From assembly GCA_009914755.4 (NCBI GenBank), contig CP086569.2, positions 40,672,001 through 40,736,000 on the forward strand: a stretch of DNA of 64,000 nt. The letters run 5' to 3'. Positions 14,206 to 58,835 of the stretch are shown piece by piece. This stretch comes from the human T2T-CHM13v2.0 reference genome, Homo sapiens. The translations under genes were made by a program, and so were the position numbers. The notes under the pieces are model-generated. The model saw nothing but the letters and a program-made list of their open reading frames with translations. It was not told the DNA's origin and searched no databases. Every line of letters begins with the position of its first letter. Positions within the stretch are counted from its first letter, which is position 1.

Positions 14206-14700
14206 TGGAATAGAATGGAACGAAATTTCACGGAATGGAATCAAACTGAATGGAATCAAATCAATGGAATCAAATCAAATGGAATGGAAAGGAATTGAAT
14301 GGAGTAGATTGGATTGGATGGGATTGGAATGAAATGTACTGGAAAGGACTCGAATTTCATGAAACGGGATGGAAAGAATTGGAACGGAATGGACTCGAAT
14401 GGAATGGAATGTCATGGAATGGCATCAAATGGAATGGCATCAAATGGAATGGAATCGAATGTAATTGAGTGCTATGGAATGGAATGGAATGCATTGGAAT
14501 GGAATGTCCTCTAATGGAATGGATTCGAGTGGAATGGAATCGAATATAATGGAGTCGAATGAAATGGAATTGAAAGGAATGGGATCGAATACAATGGAAT
14601 ATACTGGAATGTAATGTAATGAACTCGAATGTAATTGACTGGAATGGAATGTACATGAATGGAATGTAATCGAATGGAAAGTAATCCAATGGAATAGAAT
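14206..14700 (+). repeat. DYZ1: DYZ1-type HSat3 higher-order repeat copy 5, truncated at HOR position ~496 by the junction with the AT-rich array
   Basis: Copy 5 aligns to copy-1 positions 1-496 and then diverges at ggaatagaatc|atatatgat. Confidence 0.8.
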
Positions 14701-14705
14701 CATAT
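14696..14705. other. abrupt junction between the HSat3 (DYZ1) array and the AT-rich 2.4-kb (DYZ2) array
   Basis: The last pentamers ...ccaatggaatagaatc are immediately followed by atatatgatatataatatatgtataatattgttttacatcctgcatc. That sequence is homologous to the start of the AT-rich segment of later units (e.g. 16346-16440). The strands share 1-3 bp (tc/atc) at the breakpoint. Confidence 0.85.
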
Positions 14706-16320
14706 ATGATATATAATATATGTATAATATTGTTTTACATCCTGCATCTTATGTTATATATATTGTATAAAATATAATAATTGATTATATATACTTTTAT
14801 AACATAATTTACATAAAATATCATAATATAATATATATTATATTATTTCATATTACATAATATATATTACATATCACCCAATATAAGTAACATACATAAT
14901 ATTATAATATAGATTATATTATGTTATATTAAATATCATATATATTATGTATCATATATTGTATAATATATATTATACATTATATAATATGTATGTTGTC
15001 TATTATGTGATATATATAACTATACATATAATTATATTATTATACGTATAACTAGATAAACATGTAATTCTACATATTTTCATTTATAATATATAGAATT
15101 ATATAATCATATATAATTATGTATATTCTATAAAAAATTATATCATTATATAAATTATAATATATAAAAATTATAATATGTACTACAAATATATATATTA
15201 TATATCATATATGATATAGTACCTTTGTTATATATCATAATACATATAAATGTGTATTATGTTATCTATAATTATATAATTTCATATATAAGCTGTATAA
15301 TATGTATTATATATTATATATGTTATGTAATATATATAGTATATATAAGATGACACAGGATAAATATTATATACTATGACATATAAGATATATGAGGTTA
15401 TATGTTTCATATAAGGCATAGCCCATAACATGTAATATATATCATATATAATTTTTTTTTAGACAGAGTCTTGTCGTGTTGCACAGGGTGGGGTACAATG
15501 GCGACATCTTTGCTCACTGCAACATCTGCCTCACGGGTCCAAGCGATTGTCCTCCCTCAGCCTCCCAGGTAGCTGGGACTACACCACACTGGGACTACAC
15601 CAGCCTCCACCATGCCTAGCTAATTTTTTGGATTTTTAGTAGTGACAGCGTTTCACTGTATTGGCCAGGATGGTCTTGATATCTTCACCTTGTGATCCCC
15701 TTGCCTTGGCCTCCAAATTTGCTGGGATTACAGGCCTGAGCCAAGATCCATATTTTTTAAAGGAAAAAAAATTTCAAAGGTACTCTGCTTGGTACAATAA
15801 TCAAATGTATAAACTGAGGAATAAAACATAACCATGAAACCTACTTATAACTGCATATGGAAAATACAGAGGATAATTTTTTAAATAACATATTTTGAAA
15901 GCCTTAACTAGTAATTTGAAGAGTTGGCATTTGAAAGGCCAGTATGAATATACCTTCAAAGCAGCAACACCGGTTCCCCATGAGAAAAAGCAAACTCAGG
16001 GAAAATAAAACCACAAAGGTTCAATCTCTTCTGACCTTTGAAAGACACAGCACAGACAGTGGTCCTTAGGACGAAGAGCAGGAGACCCCTAATTCCGTCA
16101 CCATGGCGATAGGGCATAAATATTGCTGGGTGAGGGCACAATCCACATTGTGAGGTCCAAGTGCTGCCAGGAAGACAGGAGTGCTTTTACATAGACCGAA
16201 AGGTCATTGAAGGCTCAGAGTTTTGTTTCAAGAACTGAATCCCAAGCCCACACGTTATTAGGCTGCGCTTCTTGAAACAAGTTATGAGATGGGAAAAAGG
16301 GCACCCACAAACATACGTAT
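14701..16320. repeat. DYZ2: DYZ2-type unit 1 (1620 bp), junction-proximal and truncated: lacks ~770 bp of the AT-rich segment
   Basis: 14701-14785 matches 16346-16436 of unit 2, then jumps to the homolog of ~17208 onward (aataattgat|tatatatacttttataac). Unit 1 carries many private substitutions in the Alu and in the mixed segment. Confidence 0.8.
15452..15750 (-). mobile_element. ancient Alu SINE (antisense; poly-A tail appears as 5' T-run), copy in DYZ2 unit 1
   Basis: The sequence tttttttttagacagagtcttg...gcctcccaggtagctgggactaca...ggccaggatggtcttgat...gctgggattacaggcctgagcc matches the reverse complement of the Alu consensus over ~300 bp. It shows heavy CpG decay and a 16-bp internal tandem duplication (c[at]ctgggactacacca twice). 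Confidence 0.95.
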
Positions 16321-28395
<12,075 letters not shown>

Positions 28396-30814
28396 ACATT
28401 ATGTATATAATAATATACAGTATCATATATATAATATATATAACCTATGTATAATATTGTTTTACATCCTGCATCTTATATTATATATATTGTATAAAAT
28501 ATAATAATTGATAATATATAAGTTCTATATTTATACAATATGACATATAGTATATATTATAATTTATGACATACATAATATATGTTATATATCATATATA
28601 GAATATATTATACGGTTAATATACGTATTAAATATAAATTATACATTATATATATTATACATAATATATCTGTTATATATAATACCCATTATGCATAATA
28701 TATATATTAGGTCTATGTTATATATAGTATAAAACAACATATAATAATATATAATTGTATATATAAAATGCGACATATAATATATATTATATTTTATGAC
28801 ATATGTAATATATATTATATATTATATATAATACGTTGTATGTATAATATCTATATTAAATATATATTATATGACTATGTTATTAATTACATGTCACATG
28901 TGTTATATATTATATATTTTACATAGAATATACCGGTTACATACAATATATACTATGTTACCTGTAATGTATAATTTAATACATGTAAAATAAAGAATGC
29001 AATATATTATGTATAATTTATAATATACAATATGTGGAATGTGATATATATAACATATAATATATGATATATGATATACAGTATATGATATATAACATAC
29101 AATATATGATACCTAATATATATGGTATACAATATATATTTTATGATATGTATTCTCTATGTTTTACATTCTGTTATACATAACTATTTGAAATTATATA
29201 TAACTGTATAATATTTTATGTAAATATGTAATATAATATATATAACTATATAATATATTATATATAACTATATATTATGTTATATATACTTTTATAACAT
29301 AATTTACATGAAATATCATAATATAATATATATTATATTATTTCATATTACATAATATATATTACATATCACCCAATATAAGTAACATACATAATATTAT
29401 AATATAGAATATATTATGTTATATTAAATATCATATATATCATGTATCATATATGCTATAATATATATTAAACATTATATAATATGTATGTTGTCTATTA
29501 TGTGATATATATAACTATATATATAATTATATTATTATACATATAACTAGATAAACATGTAATTCTACATATTTAGATTTATAATATATATAATTATATA
29601 ATCATATTTAATTATTTAAATTCTATAAAAAATTATATCATTATATAAATTATAATATATAATAATTATAATATGTCCTACAAATATATATATTATATAT
29701 CATATATGATATAGTACCTTTGTTATATATCATAATATATATAAATGTGTATTATGTTATCTATAATGATATAATTTCATATATAAGATGTATAATATGT
29801 ATTATATATTATATATGTTATGTAATATATATAGTATATATAAGATGACACAGGATAAATATTATATACTATGACATATAAAATATAAGAGGTTATATGT
29901 TACATATAAGGCATAGCACATAACATGTAATATATATCATCTATAATTTTTTTTTAGACAGAGTCTTGTCCTGTTGCACAGGGTGGGGTACAATGGCGCC
30001 ATCTTTGCTCATTGCAACATCTGCCTCACGGGTCCAAGCGATTGTCCTCCCTCAGCCTCCCAGGTAGCTGGGACTACACCACACTGGGACTACACCAGCT
30101 GCCACCATGCCTAGCTAATTTTTTGGATTTTAGTAGGGACAGCGTTTCACTGTATTGGCCAGGATGGTCTTGATCTCTTCACCTTGTGATCCCCTTGCCT
30201 TGGCCTCCAAATTTGCTGGGATTACAGGCCTGAGCCAAGATCCATATTTTTTAAATGCAAAAAAATTTCAAAGGTACTCTGCTTGGTACAATAATCAAAT
30301 GTATAAACTGAGGAATAAAACATAACCATGAAACCTACTTATAACTGCATATGGAAAATACAGAGGATAATTTTTTAAATAACATATTTTGAAAGCCTTA
30401 ACTAGTAATTTGAAGAGTTGGCATTTGAAAGGCCAGTATGAATATACCTTCAAAGCAGCAACACAGGTTCCCCATGAGAAAAAGCAAACTCAGGGAAAAT
30501 AAAACCACAAAGGTTCAATCTCTTCTGACCTTTGAAAGACACAGCACAGAGAGTGGTCCTTAGGACGAAGAGCAGGAGACCCCTAATTCCGTCACCATGG
30601 CGATAGGGCATAAACACTGCTGGGTGAGGGCACAATCCACATTGTGAGGTCCAACTGCTGCCAGGAAGACAGGAGTGCTTTTACATAGACCGAAAGGTCA
30701 TTGAAGGCTCAGAGTTTTGTTTCAAGAACTGAATCCCAAGCCCACACGTTATTAGGCTGCGCTTCTTAAAACAAGTTATGAGATGGGAAAAAGGGCACCC
30801 ACAAACATACGTAT
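28396..30814. repeat. DYZ2: DYZ2-type unit 7 (2419 bp), variant Y of the dimeric higher-order repeat
   Basis: Unit 7 shares tagaatatattatg, atttagatttataatatatataatt, tagtagggacagcg, aaatgcaaaaaaatttc and cacagagagtggtcc with unit 9. Confidence 0.8.
29947..30244 (-). mobile_element. ancient Alu copy in DYZ2 unit 7
   Basis: Same Alu at the same unit position. Confidence 0.95.
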
Positions 30815-33231
<2,417 letters not shown>

Positions 33232-35650
33232 ACATTATGTATATAATAATATACAGTATCATATATATAATATATATAACCTATGTATAATATTGTTTTA
33301 CATCCTGCATCTTATATTATATATATTGTATAAAATATAACAATTGATAATATATAAGTTCTATATTTATACAATATGACATATAGTATATATTATAATT
33401 TATGACATACATAATATATGTTATATATCATATATAGAATATATTATACGGTTAATATACGTATTAAATATAAATTATACATTATATATATTATATATAA
33501 TATATCTGTTATATATAATACCCATTATGCATAATATATATATTAGGTCTATGTTATATATAGTATAAAACAACATATAATAATATATAATTGTATATAT
33601 AAAATGCGACATATAATATATATTATATTTTATGACATATGTAATATATATTATATATTATATATAATACGTTGTATGTATAATATCTATATTAAATATA
33701 TATTATATGACTATGTTATTAATTACATGTCACATGTGTTATATATTATATATTTTACATAGAATATACCGGTTACATACAATATATACTATGTTACCTG
33801 TAATGTATAATTTAATACATGTAAAATAAAGAATGCAATATATTATGTATAATTTATAATATACAATATGTGGAATGTGATATATATAACATATAATATA
33901 TGATATATGATATACAGTATATGATATATAACATACAATATATGATACCTAATATATATGGTATACAATATATATTTTATGATATGTATTCTCTATGTTT
34001 TACATTCTGTTATACATAACTATTTGAAATTATATATAACTGTATAATATTTTATGTAAATATGTAATATAATATATATAACTATATAATATATTATATA
34101 TAACTATATATTATGTTATATATACTTTTATAACATAATTTACATGAAATATCATAATATAATATATATTATATTATTTCATATTACATAATATATATTA
34201 CATATCACCCAATATAAGTAACATACATAATATTATAATATAGAATATATTATGTTATATTAAATATCATATATATCATGTATCATATATGCTATAATAT
34301 ATATTAAACATTATATAATATGTATGTTGTCTATTATGTGATATATATAACTATATATATAATTATATTATTATACATATAACTAGATAAACATGTAATT
34401 CTACATATTTAGATTTATAATATATATAATTATATAATCATATTTAATTATTTAAATTCTATAAAAAATTATATCATTATATAAATTATAATATATAATA
34501 ATTATAATATGTCCTACAAATATATATATTATATATCATATATGATATAGTACCTTTGTTATATATCATAATATATATAAATGTGTATTATGTTATCTAT
34601 AATGATATAATTTCATATATAAGATGTATAATATGTATTATATATTATATATGTTATGTAATATATATAGTATATATAAGATGACACAGGATAAATATTA
34701 TATACTATGACATATAAAATATAAGAGGTTATATGTTACATATAAGGCATAGCACATAACATGTAATATATATCATCTATAATTTTTTTTTAGACAGAGT
34801 CTTGTCCTGTTGCACAGGGTGGGGTACAATGGCGCCATCTTTGCTCATTGCAACATCTGCCTCACGGGTCCAAGCGATTGTCCTCCCTCAGCCTCCCAGG
34901 TAGCTGGGACTACACCACACTGGGACTACACCAGCTGCCACCATGCCTAGCTAATTTTTTGGATTTTAGTAGGGACAGCGTTTCACTGTATTGGCCAGGA
35001 TGGTCTTGATCTCTTCACCTTGTGATCCCCTTGCCTTGGCCTCCAAATTTGCTGGGATTACAGGCCTGAGCCAAGATCCATATTTTTTAAATGCAAAAAA
35101 ATTTCAAAGGTACTCTGCTTGGTACAATAATCAAATGTATAAACTGAGGAATAAAACATAACCATGAAACCTACTTATAACTGCATATGGAAAATACAGA
35201 GGATAATTTTTTAAATAACATATTTTGAAAGCCATAACTAGTAATTTGAAGAGTTGGCATTTGAAAGGCCAGTATGAATATACCTTCAAAGCAGCAACAC
35301 AGGTTCCCCATGAGAAAAAGCAAACTCAGGGAAAATAAAACCACAAAGGTTCAATCTCTTCTGACCTTTGAAAGACACAGCACAGAGAGTGGTCCTTAGG
35401 ACGAAGAGCAGGAGACCCCTAATTCCGTCACCATGGCGATAGGGCATAAACACTGCTGGGTGAGGGCACAATCCACATTGTGAGGTCCAACTGCTGCCAG
35501 GAAGACAGGAGTGCTTTTACATAGACCGAAAGGTCATTGAAGGCTCAGAGTTTTGTTTCAAGAACTGAATCCCAAGCCCACACGTTATTAGGCTGCGCTT
35601 CTTAAAACAAGTTATGAGATGGGAAAAAGGGCACCCACAAACATACGTAT
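33232..35650. repeat. DYZ2: DYZ2-type unit 9 (2419 bp), variant Y
   Basis: See unit 7. It lies exactly 4836 bp downstream of unit 7. Confidence 0.8.
34783..35080 (-). mobile_element. ancient Alu copy in DYZ2 unit 9
   Basis: Same Alu at the same unit position. Confidence 0.95.
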
Positions 35651-40488
<4,838 letters not shown>

Positions 40489-42904
40489 ACATTATGTATA
40501 TAATAATATACAGTATCATATATATAATATATATAACCTATGTATAATATTGTTTTACATCCTGCATCTTATATTATATATATTGTGTAAAATATAATAA
40601 TTGATAATATATGTTTTATATTTATACAATATGACATATAGTATATATTATAATTTATGACATATATAATATATGTTATATATCATATATAGAATATATT
40701 ATACGGTTAATATACGTATTAAATATAAATTATACATTATATATATTATATATAATATATCTGCTATATATAATACACATTATGCATAATATATATATTA
40801 TGTCTATGTTATGTATAGTATAAAACAACATATAATAATATATAATTGTATATATAAAATGCGACATATAATATATATTATATTTTATGACATCTCTAAT
40901 ATATATTATATATTATATATAATACGTTGTATGTATAATACCTATATTAAATATATATTATAGGACTATGTTATTAATTACATGTCACATGTGTTATATA
41001 TTATATATTTTACATAGAATATACCGGTTACATACAATATATACTATGTTACCTATAATGTATAATTTATTACATGTAAAATAAAGAATGCAATATATTA
41101 TGTATAATTTATAATATACAATATGTGGAATGTGATATATATAACATATAATATATGATATATGATATACAGTATATGATATATAACATACAATATATGA
41201 TTCCTAATATATATGGTATACAATATATATTTTATGATATGTATTCTATATGTTTTATATTCTGTTATATATAACTATTTGAAATTATATATAACTGTAT
41301 AATATTTTATGTAAATATGTAATATAATATATATAACTATATAATATATTATATATAACTATATATTATGTTATATAAACTTTTATAACATAATTCACAT
41401 AAAATATCATAATATAATATATATTATATTATTTCATATTACATAATATATATTACATATCACCCAATATAACTAACATACATAATATTATAATATAGAT
41501 TATATTATGTTATATTAAATATCATATATATCATGTATCATATATTCTATAATATATATTACACATTATATAATATGTATGTTGTCTATTATGTGATATA
41601 TATAACTATATATATAATTATATTTTTATACATATAACAACATAAACATGTAATTCTACATATTTTCATTTATAATATGTAGAATTATATAATCATATAT
41701 AATTATTTATATTCTATAAAAAATTTTATCATTATATAAATTATAATATATAAAAATTATAATATGTACTACAAATATATATATTATATATCATATATGA
41801 TATACCTTTGTTATATATCATAATACATATAAATGTGTATTATGTTATCTATAATTATATAATTTCATATATAACTTGTATAATATGTATCATATATTAT
41901 ATATGTTATGTAATATATATAGTATATATAAGATGACACAGGATAAATATTATATACTATGACATATAAAATATATGAGGTTATATGTTACATATAAGGC
42001 ATAGCACATAACATGTAATATATATCATATATAATTTTTTTTTTAGACAGAATCTTGTCCTGTTGCACAGGGTGGGGTACAATGGCGCCATCTTTGCTCA
42101 CTGCAAATTCTGCCTCACGGGTCCAAGCGATTGTCCTCCCTCAGCCTCCCAGGTAGCTGGGACTACACCACACTGGGACTACACCAGCTGCCACCATGCC
42201 TAGCTAATTTTTTGGATTTTTAGTAGTGACAGCGTTTCACTGTATTGGCCAGGATGGTCTTGATCTCTTCACCTTGTGATCCCCTTGCCTTGGCCTCCAA
42301 ATTTGCTGGGATTACAGGCCTGAGCCAAGATCCATATTTTTTAAATGAAAAAAAATTTCAAAGGTACTCTGCTTGGTACAATAATCAAATGTATAAACTG
42401 AGGAATAAAACATAACCATGAAACCTACTTATAACTGCATATGGAAAATACAGAGGATAATTTTTTAAATAACATATTTTGAAAGCCTTAACTAGTAATT
42501 TGAAGAGCTGGCATTTGAAAGGCCAGTATGAATATACCTTCAAAGCAGCAACACAGGTTCCCCATGAGAAAAAGCAAACACAGGGAAAATAAAAACACAA
42601 AGGTTCAATCTCTTCTGACCTTTGAAAGACACAGCACAGACAGTGGTCCTTAGGACGAAGAGCAGGAGACCCCTAATTCCGTCACCATGGCGATAGGGCA
42701 TAAACATTGCTGGGTGAGGGCACAATCCACATTGTGAGGTCCAACTGCTGCCAGGAAGACAGGAGTGCTTTTACATAGACCGAAAGGTCATTGAAGGCTC
42801 AGAGTTTTGTTTCAAGAACTGAATCCCAAGCCCACACGTTATTAGGCTGCGCTTCTTAAAACAAGTTATGAGATGGGAAAAAGGGCACACACAAACATAC
42901 GTAT
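40489..42904. repeat. DYZ2: DYZ2-type unit 12 (2416 bp), first unit of the homogeneous distal subfamily
   Basis: Unit 12 carries gattcctaatat, aactaacatac, atttttatacatataac and caaacacagggaaaataaaaacacaaagg, all shared by every later unit. Confidence 0.8.
42035..42334 (-). mobile_element. ancient Alu copy in DYZ2 unit 12
   Basis: Same Alu at the same unit position. Confidence 0.95.
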
Positions 42905-50164
<7,260 letters not shown>

Positions 50165-50686
50165 ACATTATGTATATAATAATATACAGTATCATATATA
50201 TACTATATATAACCTATGTATAATATTGTTTTACATCCTGCATCTTATGTTATATATATTGTATAAAATATAATAATTGATAATATATAAGTTTTATAAT
50301 TATACAATATGACATATAGTATATATTATAATTTATGACATATATAATATATGTTATATATCATATATACAATATATTATACGGTTAATATACGTATTAA
50401 ATATAAATTATACATTATATATATTATATATAATATATCTGTTATATATAATACCCATTATGCATAATATATATATTATGTCTATGTTATATATAGTATA
50501 AAACAACATATAATAATATATAATTGTATATATAAAATGCGACATATAATATATATTATATTTTATAACATATGTAATATATATTATATATTATATATAA
50601 TACGTTGTATGTATAATACCTATATTAAATATATATTATATGACTATGTTATTAATTACATGTCACATGTGTTATATATTATATAT

Positions 50687-50723
50687 TTTACATAGAATAT
50701 GCCGGTTACATATTCTATGTAAA
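50687..50723. repeat. perfect inverted repeat (15-bp arms, 7-bp loop) marking the deletion junction in DYZ2 unit 16
   Basis: Arm 1 is tttacatagaatatg (50687-50701). The loop is ccggtta (50702-50708). Arm 2 is catattctatgtaaa (50709-50723), the exact reverse complement of arm 1. Arm 2 is absent from every other unit. Confidence 0.9.
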
Positions 50724-51005
50724 TCTTGTCCTGTTGCACAGGGTGGGGTACAATGGCGCCATCTTTGCTCACTGCAACTTCTGCCTCACGGGTCCAAGCG
50801 ATTGTCCTCCCTCAGCCTCCCAGGTAGCTGGGACTACACCACACTGGGACTACACCAGCTGCCACCATGCCTAGCTAATTTTTTGGATTTTTAGTAGTGA
50901 CAGCGTTTCACTGTATTGGCCAGGATGGTCTTGATCTCTTCACCTTGTGATCCCCTTGCCTTGGCCTCCAAATTTGCTGGGATTACAGGCCTGAGCCAAG
51001 ATCCA
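50724..51005 (-). mobile_element. ancient Alu copy in DYZ2 unit 16, truncated: the A-tail and ~8 adjacent bases were removed by the unit-16 deletion
   Basis: This copy starts at tcttgtcctgttgcacagg instead of tttttttttagacagaatcttg. Confidence 0.9.
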
Positions 51006-51575
51006 TATTTTTTAAATGAAAAAAAATTTCAAAGGTACTCTGCTTGGTACAATAATCAAATGTACAAACTGAGGAATAAAACATAACCATGAAACCTACT
51101 TATAACTGCATATGGAAAATACAGAGGATAATTTTTTAAATAACATATTTTGAAAGCCTTAACTAGTAATTTGAAGAGGTGGCATTTGAAAGGCCAGTAT
51201 GAATATACCTTCAAAGCAGCAACACAGGTTCCCCATGAGAAAAAGCAAACACAGGGAAAATAAAAACACAAAGGTTCAATCTCTTCTGACCTTTGAAAGA
51301 CACAGCACAGACAGTGGTCCTTAGGACGAAGAGCAGGAGACCCCTAATTCCGTCACCATGGCGATAGGGCATAAACATTGCTGGGTGAGGGCACAATCCA
51401 CATTGTGAGGTCCAAGTGCTGCCAGGAAGACAGGAGTGCTTTTACATAGACCGAAAGGTCATTGAAGGCTCAGAGTTTTGTTTCAAGAACTGAATCCCAA
51501 GCCCACACGTTATTAGGCTGCGCTTCTTAAAACAAGTTATGAGATGGGAAAAAGGGCACCCACAAACATACGTAT

Positions 51576-58835
<7,260 letters not shown>

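Larger units (their letters stand above)
1..14700 (+). repeat. DYZ1: Satellite III / HSat3 (GGAAT)n array organised as a ~3.55-kb higher-order repeat, consistent with human Y-chromosome DYZ1
   Basis: Near-continuous degenerate GGAAT pentamers on the + strand. Long-range self-similarity has period 3553/3579/3529/3544 bp: identical six-frame ORF strings recur at 45, 3598, 7177, 10706 and 14250. There is a single GGCC (HaeIII) site per copy at the homologous position (991-994, 4554-4557, 8088-8091, 11632-11635). The classical DYZ1 is a 3.4-3.56-kb HaeIII male-specific pentanucleotide repeat. The array continues upstream of the window. Confidence 0.85.
50165..51575. repeat. DYZ2: DYZ2-type unit 16 (1411 bp), internally deleted copy: ~1.02 kb of AT-rich segment plus the first ~17 bp of the Alu tail replaced by a ~10-bp inverted insertion
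   Basis: The sequence at 50681-50730 reads ...atatattttacatagaatatgccggttacatattctatgtaaatcttgtcctgttgcacagg. Full-length units continue catagaatataccggttacatacaatatatact..., run ~1 kb further, and then reach tttttttttagacagaatcttgtcc. Confidence 0.85.

Noticed and set aside
45-14703. Dozens of 60-300-aa ORFs on both strands in the first 14.7 kb, with proteins like MEWNGMEWNG... on + and ...FHSIPFHSIPFHS... on -
   Set aside because: They are frame translations of (GGAAT)n. GGA-ATG-GAA-TGG gives MEWNG periodicity, and its reverse complement ATTCC gives FHSIP. Their lengths simply reflect distance between chance stop codons in a degenerate pentamer array. They recur with the 3.55-kb HOR period because the DNA does, not because of selection.
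15956-16141. 61-aa minus-strand ORF (MCPHPAMFMPYRHGDGIRGLLLFVLRTTVCAVSFKGQKRL...) conserved in every 2.4-kb unit, plus an overlapping 71-aa ORF (MCFYFPCVCFFSWG...) in units 2 and 12-22
   Set aside because: In the supplied track the first codon is TTG, not ATG; the plus strand reads caa at 16139-16141. The first real ATG is codon 7, leaving ~55 aa. There is no splice, polyA or domain-like composition. Conservation across units is explained by recent array amplification and homogenisation, and the variant copies carry missense changes at will (M>K/T at 28031 and 32867, V>L, L>P, C>F). The 71-aa ORF exists only where a single tc>ac substitution removed a stop. There is no evidence for a gene.
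16101-16151. Kozak-like caccATGgcg on the plus strand of the mixed segment
   Set aside because: The downstream reading frame is only ~16 codons (MAIGHKHCWVRAQSTL stop). It is a coincidental motif.
50702-50707. ccggtt / accggt palindromic hexamer (AgeI-like) recurring once per 2.4-kb unit as a possible recognition or regulatory site
   Set aside because: It is a single short palindrome inherited with the unit. Units 3-5 have acgggt instead, with no other consequence. Nothing suggests function beyond its incidental role at the unit-16 deletion breakpoint.
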